A DNA stretch of 64,000 nucleotides, from assembly GCA_963663035.1 (NCBI GenBank), contig OY760074.1, positions 1,856,001 to 1,920,000 on the forward strand. The letters are read 5' to 3'. Position numbers and translations under genes: made by a program. The notes under the pieces were generated by a model. That model searched no databases. It worked only from the letters and a program-made list of their open reading frames with translations, and was not told the DNA's origin. Position 1 is the first letter of the stretch; every line of letters begins with the position of its first letter. Origin of the DNA: Acidobacteriota bacterium. GTDB lineage: Bacteria; Acidobacteriota; UBA6911; RPQK01; JADFOI01. Shown here piece after piece: positions 20,807 through 28,877 of this stretch.

Positions 20807-21210
20807 GTGCCAAAGTAGCCAATTATTCCGAAAAAGACAGGGACGAGATCATTCGAGATTACTTTGGCCCGTCAGGAGCTGAAGAGAATCCCCGCTGTCC
20901 CATCTGTGGAGAAGTTCTTCGATTCGACACTCTCTATCAGTCCGGCGGCAGCAAGATCCAGATTCGGGTGAGTTGCCCCGACTGTCAAGCCCATTTCAGC
21001 TGGGAACAGGGCCAGCAGCAACAGCCCTGGAAATCACTCCACTTGCAGTACTTTCTAGAGCGTTACCTGACGAATGACCGCATTCGGTGCCCACTTGACG
21101 ACTGTTACGTGGTCTACACGGAGTTTAGCGACAGGGTGTTGGAATTTCGGTGTCCCTACTGCAACCATCGAGGCAGGGCTCAGCTGCCGGCCCCGACGGA
21201 TAGTTCCTAG
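20803..21210 (+). CDS. Hypothetical protein with a double Zn-ribbon pattern
   Basis: CPIC, CPDC, CPLDDC, CPYC; GTGA overlap with the M50 stop. Confidence 0.65.
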   Translation: MSAKVANYSEKDRDEIIRDYFGPSGAEENPRCPICGEVLRFDTLYQSGGSKIQIRVSCPDCQAHFSWEQGQQQQPWKSLHLQYFLERYLTNDRIRCPLDDCYVVYTEFSDRVLEFRCPYCNHRGRAQLPAPTDSS

Positions 21211-22691
21211 CCCTCAGGGGCTCCATCGAAGATCGCGAAGTACTCTCGAGTCCCCTCATCCTGGGGAGGCGCAGTCAGATACGTCACCCCTACCAGGACG
21301 ACCAAACCCAGCACGAGTGCGGGTAAACCAGACAAAAACCCAAACTTCCAGCTCTCCGGTAGCAGACCCAACTCTAAACCCCACAGGCACACCTGGGACG
21401 AAACGATCGACCAGATGGCCGCCTGAGAAGTACATCGTTTCCAGTAGAGTGCTGCCAGGGTTGGCACGACCATGCAGGCAAATCCAGCCAAGGCAAATTC
21501 GATGATGGTAATGATCCCTAAAGGATTGATGAAACCCAAAGCCAGGGCAATGATGGTCATCAGCAGGACGAGCCCTCGGCTGATTCGTACCATGGTCGCT
21601 TCGGTGGCGTCAGTGAGTCGTGTGCGGGAGAGGAAATCCCGTGCGATCATGGTGGTCACACTCAGCAACTGAGAGTCCATGGTGGACATCATGGCGGCAA
21701 AGGCCGCTGCTCCCAGAATCCCCATCATCCAGATGGGTGTCAGCTGTGTCAGAAGCATCGGTAGAATGGCGTCCGATTCGGCACCCTGCAAGTTGGGAAT
21801 GGCCGTACGGCCCCACATTCCAACCGTGGCCATCAAGAACATGATCACAAGAGAGGGCACAGGATAAATACACATGATCCGTTTCAGGGTCTTGGGATCT
21901 CTTCCTGTGAGGAGCCTCATGAAGAGCTGCGGGAAAACGATGGGAGACAAACCGACGATGATACCGTAGCTGAAAAACTGTCTCCAGGGCATCCTGGCGC
22001 GAGATATCAGTTCTGGATAGTCCTCCAGAACACGCCGGGTGGCCTCAGCGGGTCCCCCCAGCACTGAAGCGATCACGATAAAGATGGCCACACCCCCAAC
22101 CAGAAAAACGGCCGTTTGAAACGTGTTGACCCAGGCCGCACCGCGCATCCCGCCCAACAGAAGGTAAGTCAGCACTGCTGCTGCCACGACAGCCATACTG
22201 ATATTGAGCGTCACATAGCCCTCCGTCAAAGCCTCCAGCGTACGGCCTGCTCCCAGGAGACCGGTCATGAGATAGGGAACGGTGTACACGATCAGCATCA
22301 AACTGATTAGGAGGGCCAGAAAGGGGGATTTCCAGCGCCCGCCAACCACCTCAGCCACTGTCATGTAGCCGAATTTCTGGCCCAGGACCCAGGAACGGCT
22401 TCCGACCGTATAGAAGAGCAAGGGTGTAAGCCAGGCCCAGCTGGTGGCAAAGTAGGGCCACAAAACCCAGCCCGCATGGTAGGCCCCACCCGGAACCCCG
22501 GCCAGTGTCACCGCTGAAATATTGGCGCCGAAGACCGCAGAAAAAAGGACGAAGGTCTTAAAGCTGCGGCTGCCCATGTGAAAGTCCTCCATGGTAGCTC
22601 GACTGAAGCGAGCACTGTAGAGTCCAATGCCGACAATCACAGCCATGTAGGCAGCTAAGATGCTCAGAACCACCAGTACCTGTGTGCTCAT
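21207..22691 (-). CDS. Sodium:solute symporter family protein
   Basis: Multi-TM; LGGMRGAAWVNTFQ, AAMMSTMDSQLL; start MSTQV at 22691 with GGGAG RBS. Confidence 0.92.
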   Translation of the reverse strand: MSTQVLVVLSILAAYMAVIVGIGLYSARFSRATMEDFHMGSRSFKTFVLFSAVFGANISAVTLAGVPGGAYHAGWVLWPYFATSWAWLTPLLFYTVGSRSWVLGQKFGYMTVAEVVGGRWKSPFLALLISLMLIVYTVPYLMTGLLGAGRTLEALTEGYVTLNISMAVVAAAVLTYLLLGGMRGAAWVNTFQTAVFLVGGVAIFIVIASVLGGPAEATRRVLEDYPELISRARMPWRQFFSYGIIVGLSPIVFPQLFMRLLTGRDPKTLKRIMCIYPVPSLVIMFLMATVGMWGRTAIPNLQGAESDAILPMLLTQLTPIWMMGILGAAAFAAMMSTMDSQLLSVTTMIARDFLSRTRLTDATEATMVRISRGLVLLMTIIALALGFINPLGIITIIEFALAGFACMVVPTLAALYWKRCTSQAAIWSIVSSQVCLWGLELGLLPESWKFGFLSGLPALVLGLVVLVGVTYLTAPPQDEGTREYFAIFDGAPEG

Positions 22692-22701
22692 TGCTCCCTC
22701 C

Positions 22702-22926
22702 CTACTGGTCGTCCACCCAGATGTATTTAACGGTATAGAGAACCAGGAGGTAACCAACCACCCACATGCCAAACTGGTAGAGCATGGGAAGATTGAGCCA
22801 GCCAAACAAGACCATTGGCATCTCTTCTCCCCACCACCAGAGATCTACGCGGATTATCATGAGAATGATCGCCAACGAATAGATGACCAGTTCTCGTTTC
22901 CTGCGCCTTCGCGGGTCTAGTTTCAT
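22702..22926 (-). CDS. DUF3311-like small membrane partner of the SSS transporter
   Basis: 74 aa, 2 TM, DLWWW..LFGWL; directly upstream of the SSS gene. Confidence 0.75.
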   Translation of the reverse strand: MKLDPRRRRKRELVIYSLAIILMIIRVDLWWWGEEMPMVLFGWLNLPMLYQFGMWVVGYLLVLYTVKYIWVDDQ

Positions 22927-23007
22927 CCCTTTTCCTCCTTCACTTTTTGCCTAGGCTACAACACGACCTGAACAGATAGCCAGCAAGAAATGCGGGACTG
23001 CTTGAGG

Positions 23008-23418
23008 TCAGCCTACTTTCTTGGCCTCAGGCTTGTTGAACAGGAGATTGTCCAGGGCAAGCTTCCCCGGGCCAGTGGCAGCCAACAAAAGGAAGATAAA
23101 GCAATACAAGACGGCCCTCTCTCCCGAGTTCATGACGGGCCAGAAGCCGCGGGGAAAGTGGGACATAAAATAGGCAACCGCCATCTCCCCGGCAAGAAGA
23201 AAGGCGACGGCGCGGGTAAAGAGGCCAAAGCCGATAAAGAGGGGGCCGAAAAACTCCAGTATTCCGGCAAACCAGAGCAGTGATAGGAAGGTCTGGGGTT
23301 CTCGACCAAAAAAACCAAACAGCTTTTCTCCCCCGTGCATCCAGAACACGAAGGCCGTCACAATGCGGAGAAGTGTTAAGGCCCAGACGCTGAGATCAGC
23401 ATGTATCGAGTGGAACAT
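23008..23418 (-). CDS. DoxX family membrane protein
   Basis: LRIV..HGGEKLFG, GLFTRAVAFLLAGEMAVAYF, GPGKLALD. Confidence 0.92.
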   Translation of the reverse strand: MFHSIHADLSVWALTLLRIVTAFVFWMHGGEKLFGFFGREPQTFLSLLWFAGILEFFGPLFIGFGLFTRAVAFLLAGEMAVAYFMSHFPRGFWPVMNSGERAVLYCFIFLLLAATGPGKLALDNLLFNKPEAKKVG

Positions 23419-23430
23419 CGTTTTTTCCTT

Positions 23431-24033
23431 TCATTCGGGCCGGGTCACCACTTCCTTCAAATAGATGAAGTCCCCGAGACTCGAGGCATCGTCGTTGCCC
23501 GCGTTGGCCGCAACATGGAAAGCCACGGACGCCACAGAAAACTCTGGAGCAATCCATCGAAGGGTCCACGATATCTCATCCCGGGAGGAAGGAAGGCTGG
23601 CAACCTCAACATGGTGAGCGTACTGAATTTCCCCATCCTCTCCCTTCATGACGGCAACCAGCTCATCCACCGGCTGCAAGGATCCTGCCTGCCTGCCGTC
23701 CTGTGCTCCGCCGGTAAATCGCGTGGCCAGTTGAAAGCCACCTCTTCTCAAAGCGGGCCGTTTCAGGGTGATCCTAATCAGATATTGACTGTTCGGCTCA
23801 TAGAATTCGGGCAGACCGCGGATATTCAGGGACCCTTCCTGATCGTTGAGTGGGTGATCGAAATGGCACTGATGGCAACTCGAGTCACCGAAACCTCCTG
23901 TGTTTCCAGGTGGTGGCTTGTCCTGGTAAGCAGAAACAATGAGCGGGCTCGTGAACATCGCCACGGCTAAAGCAAGAAGTACTACGCCACCCAGGCTGAA
24001 GGTCACGGTGTTCCTATCTAATGCGAAACGCAC
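23431..24033 (-). CDS. Secreted Reeler-like / choice-of-anchor V protein with CxxCH
   Basis: N-terminal hydrophobic signal, PPPGNTGGFGDSSCHQCH, GFQL, WIAP, ANAGN..GDFIY. Confidence 0.7.
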   Translation of the reverse strand: MRFALDRNTVTFSLGGVVLLALAVAMFTSPLIVSAYQDKPPPGNTGGFGDSSCHQCHFDHPLNDQEGSLNIRGLPEFYEPNSQYLIRITLKRPALRRGGFQLATRFTGGAQDGRQAGSLQPVDELVAVMKGEDGEIQYAHHVEVASLPSSRDEISWTLRWIAPEFSVASVAFHVAANAGNDDASSLGDFIYLKEVVTRPE

Positions 24034-24047
24034 ATTTCGAGGTTCAA

Positions 24048-24503
24048 CTATCTAGTCATAACTGCCAGAAAGAGGATCAGCAGAGCGACCGTGATCATGA
24101 TGAGAAGATACATCAGTTGTCGAAACCTGGACTTCTCCTGGAATTCTTCATGTTTTCTTTCCCAGTCGTCATCTCTCAGCTCCAATTCTAATTCCTCTGT
24201 ATCCAGCGCTCCTTCTGGGACCTGCAAATCACCGGAAATGCGCTGCCAATCGATAAATCGAGGAAGAAACCAGAAAAAAACCGCAACTCCAATGAAGAAA
24301 GGAAAAATCCAAAGATTGCTATCAGAGAGGGAGGAGATGACAAGAAGGACGAGTACGACTACAACCAGGAGGAGGAGCCGAAAGTAAGCCCAAGACACCG
24401 TCGGTCGAAAAACGGTCCCGCAACGCGGGCAACTCAGCCTCCCTGGTGTGTGCAGAGGATCGGTCCACAGACGAGTTTTACAAACTGGACAGGGCTGGGA
24501 CAT
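24048..24503 (-). CDS. Hypothetical Zn-ribbon membrane protein
   Basis: CPVC...CPRC followed by TM helices. Confidence 0.6.
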   Translation of the reverse strand: MSQPCPVCKTRLWTDPLHTPGRLSCPRCGTVFRPTVSWAYFRLLLLVVVVLVLLVISSLSDSNLWIFPFFIGVAVFFWFLPRFIDWQRISGDLQVPEGALDTEELELELRDDDWERKHEEFQEKSRFRQLMYLLIMITVALLILFLAVMTR

Positions 24504-24520
24504 CAGTCGTGCCGATCAGA

Positions 24521-25708
24521 CTATTCCCTCACCGAAGGCAACTCCATGATAGAGGCTGCGACTACGGAAGCCACCTTCTTACGTAAGGAAACCACACCGC
24601 CCATTCCATCCGGATGCACCCGATTGGTGAAAAGGATGACAAAGACCTGGTTGGACGGATCAATCCATAACGAGGTTCCGGTGAATCCAGTGTGACCAAA
24701 GGATCCCACCGGAAAAAGATCGCCTCGAGGGCCACTGAAAGGCGTTCGAATATCGAATCCGATGCCACGCAAGTTGGTCGCTCCGATGGGAGACTGGGGG
24801 GTAGCCATCTTGTGAATGGCGAGGGGCGAAAGAATTCGCACTCCGTTATAGAGACCTTGGTTGAGAATCATCTGGGCATAGATTGCTGTCTCATCTACAG
24901 TGGAAAACAGCCCAGCATGTCCGGCAGCTCCTCCCATTCGAGCAGTGGTGGGGTCGTGGACAACTCCCCGCAGCAGCTGACCGTCTCTGTAATCGGTAGG
25001 AGCGATCAGATCTCGAAACTCTGGCGGTGGCAGAAAACGGGTTTTCATCATTCCCAAGGGGGAAAAGATCCGTTCCTCAGAAAACTCCTGCAGAGGCTTG
25101 CCGCTCACCTGACGAATCAGTTCGGCCAGAACAATGTAGTTGATGTCACTGTAGACAAACTCCTCACCCGGCGAAAAGATCAACTGCTCCTGAAACGCTT
25201 TCTCAATAGCGGTTTCATAGCCTTCCCAAGGCTCATCCAGGTCCAGATCGGGCCGCAGACCCGAATAGTGTGTCAGCAACTGCAGGAGCGTGATCGAACC
25301 TTTGCCATTCGCCTCGAAACCAGGCAAATAGGCCGATACTCGATCGGTTAAGGCGATCTTCCCTTCCTCTACTAAGATCAGAATCGAAGGCGCAGTGGCG
25401 ATCACCTTGGTCAAAGAGGCAATGTCGAAGATCGTGTCCACGGTCATGGGTTCCTTGGCAGGCACCAAGGATCTGTAGCCCAGAGCATTGCGATACACGA
25501 TCTTCCCCATGCGTGCGACCAGGACAACAGCTCCAGGAGTTTCCCCCTGGGTGATGGCTTCCTGAACCACTTCATCCAGTCGAGCCAGACGCTCACTGGA
25601 CATTCCCACTTCTTCAGGCTTGCCCGGCGTTAAGACCTGGCCCTGGACAGTGTTGAGGAAGATGAGAAGACTCAATCCTCTCCAAAACATCCGTTTTCTC
25701 TCATTCAT
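24521..25708 (-). CDS. Serine hydrolase, beta-lactamase fold (AmiE-like)
   Basis: SxxK (ASLTK), YSD, GHAGLFST, GHTGFTG; signal peptide from 25708. Confidence 0.88.
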   Translation of the reverse strand: MNERKRMFWRGLSLLIFLNTVQGQVLTPGKPEEVGMSSERLARLDEVVQEAITQGETPGAVVLVARMGKIVYRNALGYRSLVPAKEPMTVDTIFDIASLTKVIATAPSILILVEEGKIALTDRVSAYLPGFEANGKGSITLLQLLTHYSGLRPDLDLDEPWEGYETAIEKAFQEQLIFSPGEEFVYSDINYIVLAELIRQVSGKPLQEFSEERIFSPLGMMKTRFLPPPEFRDLIAPTDYRDGQLLRGVVHDPTTARMGGAAGHAGLFSTVDETAIYAQMILNQGLYNGVRILSPLAIHKMATPQSPIGATNLRGIGFDIRTPFSGPRGDLFPVGSFGHTGFTGTSLWIDPSNQVFVILFTNRVHPDGMGGVVSLRKKVASVVAASIMELPSVRE

Positions 25709-25749
25709 CGCTCTCACAGGGTTCAATTGTATGTCAAAGGCAATTTCTT

Positions 25750-25797
25750 GGCGAGGGAGGGAGGGAGAAATGAGTCGTCTGGCCTCCCTCCCTCGCC
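25750..25797. other. 15-bp perfect inverted repeat (hairpin) in a divergent promoter region
   Basis: GGCGAGGGAGGGAGG ... CCTCCCTCCCTCGCC. Confidence 0.6.
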
Positions 25798-25833
25798 GCT
25801 TTGCCAACCCCATCAAGAACCGTTAGACTGAAG

Positions 25834-26088
25834 CCCGGATTATGCATAGGGTCTCGTCATGAAGCGGCGAAAGCGCCGGAAAACAGAGCCGTGGGCTTTA
25901 GCCCACGGGCCCGCAGGCTAAAGCCTGCGGCTCCGACTGGCGCGCGAGGGGTACCCGCCACGGGTCGGCCCCCGCAAACGTACTCTTGAGTACGTTGAGG
26001 AGCTGAGGGGTACCCGCTTGCGGGTCGCGCAACGCTGGCAGGGCGGATGATTTCGTCGCTGCAGTAGAGAATTTATGCATAATACGGG
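25834..26088. mobile_element. MITE-like element family A copy 4 (255 bp) with a nested REP doublet
   Basis: TIR CCCGGATTATGCATAGG...AGAATTTATGCATAATACGGG; same core; insert GAGCCGTGGGCTTTAGCCCACGGGCCCGCAGGCTAAAGCCTGCGGCTCC. Confidence 0.85.
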
Positions 26089-26097
26089 CAGTAAACG

Positions 26098-27609
26098 ATG
26101 CCTTCTCAAAAGCAGAGCCTCATTCAGTCGTTCATGGCCCAAGCCCAGGAGCTCACCGAACTCAAAAGTGTCATTCAAACACTCGAATGGGACCAGGAAA
26201 CAATGATGCCTGCCCTGGGCAGTCCCTTGCGCGCGCGTCAGCTGGCAGCCTTGAGTGCTCTGCACCACCAAAAACTCACTTCGCCGGATCTGGGTGAAAT
26301 CCTGGAACGCCTGAGCACCGCTAATCTAGATCTGTGGCCGCAAGCCGCTGTCAGAGAACTGCGCCGCGAGCACGAGAAGGCGGTTCGGCTTCCCGAAGCA
26401 CTCGTTCGAGAGCTGGCGGAAACGACTTCCCTGGCTCACACAGCCTGGGTGACGGCCCGTCAGAAATCGGACTTCGCCGCCTTTTCCCCCTGGTTAGAAA
26501 AAATTCTGCGGCTGAAACGAGAGGAGGCCCGCTGCCTGCAAGTCTCCAATTCGCTCTACGAAGCCCTGCTGGATCATTATGAGCCTGGAATGCGGGTCGG
26601 GGAGCTGGATGAACTGTTCGCTCTCCTCAGGCCGAAACTCACCTCGCTGCTCCAGAAGATCCAGGCTTCCGATCGGCAACCCAAGCGGGATCTCTTGAAG
26701 GGCGAGTTTCCGGTGGCCCAACAGGAGTCCTTTGGGCGCGCCGTGCTCAGCGCAATGGGCTTCCAATGGGATGCCGGCAGACTGGATCGATCGCCACACC
26801 CTTTCTGTATGGGAATCTCTCCACTGGACGTGAGACTGACGACCCGCTACTCAGAGCAGGACTTCGCCTCATCACTCTTTGGCATGATCCATGAAGGTGG
26901 ACATGGGCTGTACGAACAGGGGCTGAATCGGGAACATGACGGCTCACCGGCCTGCGACGGGATTTCCCTGGGAATTCACGAGTCCCAGTCGCGCTTATGG
27001 GAAAACCAGGTGGCACGAAGCGAGGCCTTTTGGAAACATTGGCTTCCCCGCCTCCAGCAGACTTTTGCGGACCAACTGGATCACGTATCCCTCCAGGACT
27101 TTCTCCACGCCATCAATCGCGTGGAAGCATCCCTGATCCGCGTCGAGGCGGACGAGGTAACCTACGGTCTGCACGTCATTATGCGCTACGAATTGGAGAA
27201 GCAAATGGTGGAAGGCGATTTGGAAGTACAGGATCTGGAGACAGCCTGGAATTCTAGCATGAAGGAATATCTAGACATCGTGCCGTCAAACTCGGCTGAA
27301 GGTGTACTCCAGGACACTCACTGGTCACAAGGCTACCTCGGTTACTTCCCAACCTATCTGCTGGGAAATCTCTATTCTGCTCAAATCTTTCATCAGGCAA
27401 AGAAGGTGTTCCGAGACCTGGAAGAAGACATTGGCGGGGGAAACCTGACTCCCTTGCGCGAGTGGCTGGGTGAAGAAATTCACCGGCACGGAAAAACGAT
27501 CAGCGCACAGGAGCTGATCGAGCGGATCAGTGGTAAAGCCCTCAACGCAAAATACTTCTTGGATTATCTGGAGCAGAAGTTTGGTCAGCTTTACGGCTTA
27601 AATGACTAA
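26098..27609 (+). CDS. Carboxypeptidase M32 (Taq-type)
   Basis: LEWDQETMMP, HPF, HEGGH, HESQS, IRVEADE, GYFPTY. Confidence 0.96.
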   Translation: MPSQKQSLIQSFMAQAQELTELKSVIQTLEWDQETMMPALGSPLRARQLAALSALHHQKLTSPDLGEILERLSTANLDLWPQAAVRELRREHEKAVRLPEALVRELAETTSLAHTAWVTARQKSDFAAFSPWLEKILRLKREEARCLQVSNSLYEALLDHYEPGMRVGELDELFALLRPKLTSLLQKIQASDRQPKRDLLKGEFPVAQQESFGRAVLSAMGFQWDAGRLDRSPHPFCMGISPLDVRLTTRYSEQDFASSLFGMIHEGGHGLYEQGLNREHDGSPACDGISLGIHESQSRLWENQVARSEAFWKHWLPRLQQTFADQLDHVSLQDFLHAINRVEASLIRVEADEVTYGLHVIMRYELEKQMVEGDLEVQDLETAWNSSMKEYLDIVPSNSAEGVLQDTHWSQGYLGYFPTYLLGNLYSAQIFHQAKKVFRDLEEDIGGGNLTPLREWLGEEIHRHGKTISAQELIERISGKALNAKYFLDYLEQKFGQLYGLND

Positions 27610-28816
27610 TTTTACCCGTCCCGGCGCCCTTTTCTTTCTTTCTCTCTCTCTCTCTTTCTCTCCCTCCTGTCAGCCCACGGACCCACCAAGCGAGGTTCGA
27701 GTAGGAGCCGATCGTATTTTCGAGGAACCCTATCTAAACTGGATCCAGGGAAAGCGCGTCGGCTTGATCACCAATCCCACCGGTGTCAATTCGGAACTGG
27801 AAAGCACCATGGATCTCTTGGCCCGCCATTCAGAGGTGCAGCTGGTAGCACTGTTCGCTCCCGAACATGGGATCTTGGGCCAGGCACAGGCAGCAGAAAG
27901 GTTTGCCAGCTACGGAAACGTGTACAGCCTCTATGGGGAAACCCGCGCACCCACCGCTGAGATGTTGCAAGATGTCGAAGTTCTCCTCTATGACATGCAA
28001 GACGTGGGAGTTCGCTTCTACACTTACATCTCCACAATGTTCTTGAGCATGCAAGCGGCCGCCGAAAAGGGTATTCCTTTCATCGTTTTAGATCGCCCCA
28101 ATCCAATAGACGGGTCACGCGTCGAGGGCCCTGTATTACAACCTGGCCATGAGTCCTTTGTTGGCATCTATGCCCTCCCGATTCGTTACGGTATGACCGC
28201 GGGAGAGCTGGCCCAGATGCTCAACCAGCAAGCCAACCTTCAATGCGATCTTAAAGTGGTGCCACTGGGAGGATGGCAGCGCGAGCAATGGTACGACCAG
28301 ACAGGCCTGGAGTGGATCTCGCCCTCTCCGAACATGCCCACGGTGACGACTGCCACCGTCTATCCGGGACTCTGTTTGATTGAAGGAACCAATCTCTCGG
28401 AGGGACGTGGAACGACTCGTCCCTTTGAGTTGGTAGGAGCTCCCTGGCTCAACAGCCGTGAGTTGGCTGAGAGATTGAATCGCCTCCAGCTCCCGGGCGT
28501 AAGATTTCGCCAACAAGCTTTTACCCCCACATTTTCTAAGTTTCGGGATGAGCAGGCTCAGGGTCTCCAGATTCATGTGGTGGACCGCACCGCATTTCAC
28601 CCGCTTCCCACCGTGCTCCACCTTTTGACGGAGATCAGAAGACTCCACCCCCAGCAGCTTGTGCTCGAGGAAACGTTCTTCGACCGATTGGTCGGGAATA
28701 GTTGGGTCCGCGAAGCGCTGACTCAGGGAACGCCCGTTGAGGACATCGTGGATCAGTGGCAACCCGCCCTCCAGGAGTTCCAGCAGATTCGAGAAAAGTA
28801 TCTTCTTTACCCATAA
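27602..28816 (+). CDS. namZ: Exo-beta-N-acetylmuramidase NamZ family (DUF1343), putative lipoprotein
   Basis: GLITNPTG, FAPEHG, DMQDVGVRFYTY, LDRPNP, SPSPNMP, SEGRGT. Confidence 0.9.
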   Translation: MTNFTRPGALFFLSLSLSFSPSCQPTDPPSEVRVGADRIFEEPYLNWIQGKRVGLITNPTGVNSELESTMDLLARHSEVQLVALFAPEHGILGQAQAAERFASYGNVYSLYGETRAPTAEMLQDVEVLLYDMQDVGVRFYTYISTMFLSMQAAAEKGIPFIVLDRPNPIDGSRVEGPVLQPGHESFVGIYALPIRYGMTAGELAQMLNQQANLQCDLKVVPLGGWQREQWYDQTGLEWISPSPNMPTVTTATVYPGLCLIEGTNLSEGRGTTRPFELVGAPWLNSRELAERLNRLQLPGVRFRQQAFTPTFSKFRDEQAQGLQIHVVDRTAFHPLPTVLHLLTEIRRLHPQQLVLEETFFDRLVGNSWVREALTQGTPVEDIVDQWQPALQEFQQIREKYLLYP

Positions 28817-28823
28817 TTCATAT

Positions 28824-28844
28824 GTGGGAGGCACCTCAGGTGCC
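28824..28844 (+). repeat. REP-like palindrome copy
   Basis: GTGGGAGGCACCTCAGGTGCC, 8 nt after the namZ stop. Confidence 0.85.
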
Positions 28845-28877
28845 GAAATCATACTGCCTTGAGATAAAATAGTAGGA

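Noticed and set aside
9974-26080. Small similar ORFs (MHRFSTA..., MHKFSAT..., MHKFSTA...) as a peptide family
   Set aside because: They are translations of the repeat elements; the frame is not kept in all copies and the variation follows base pairing
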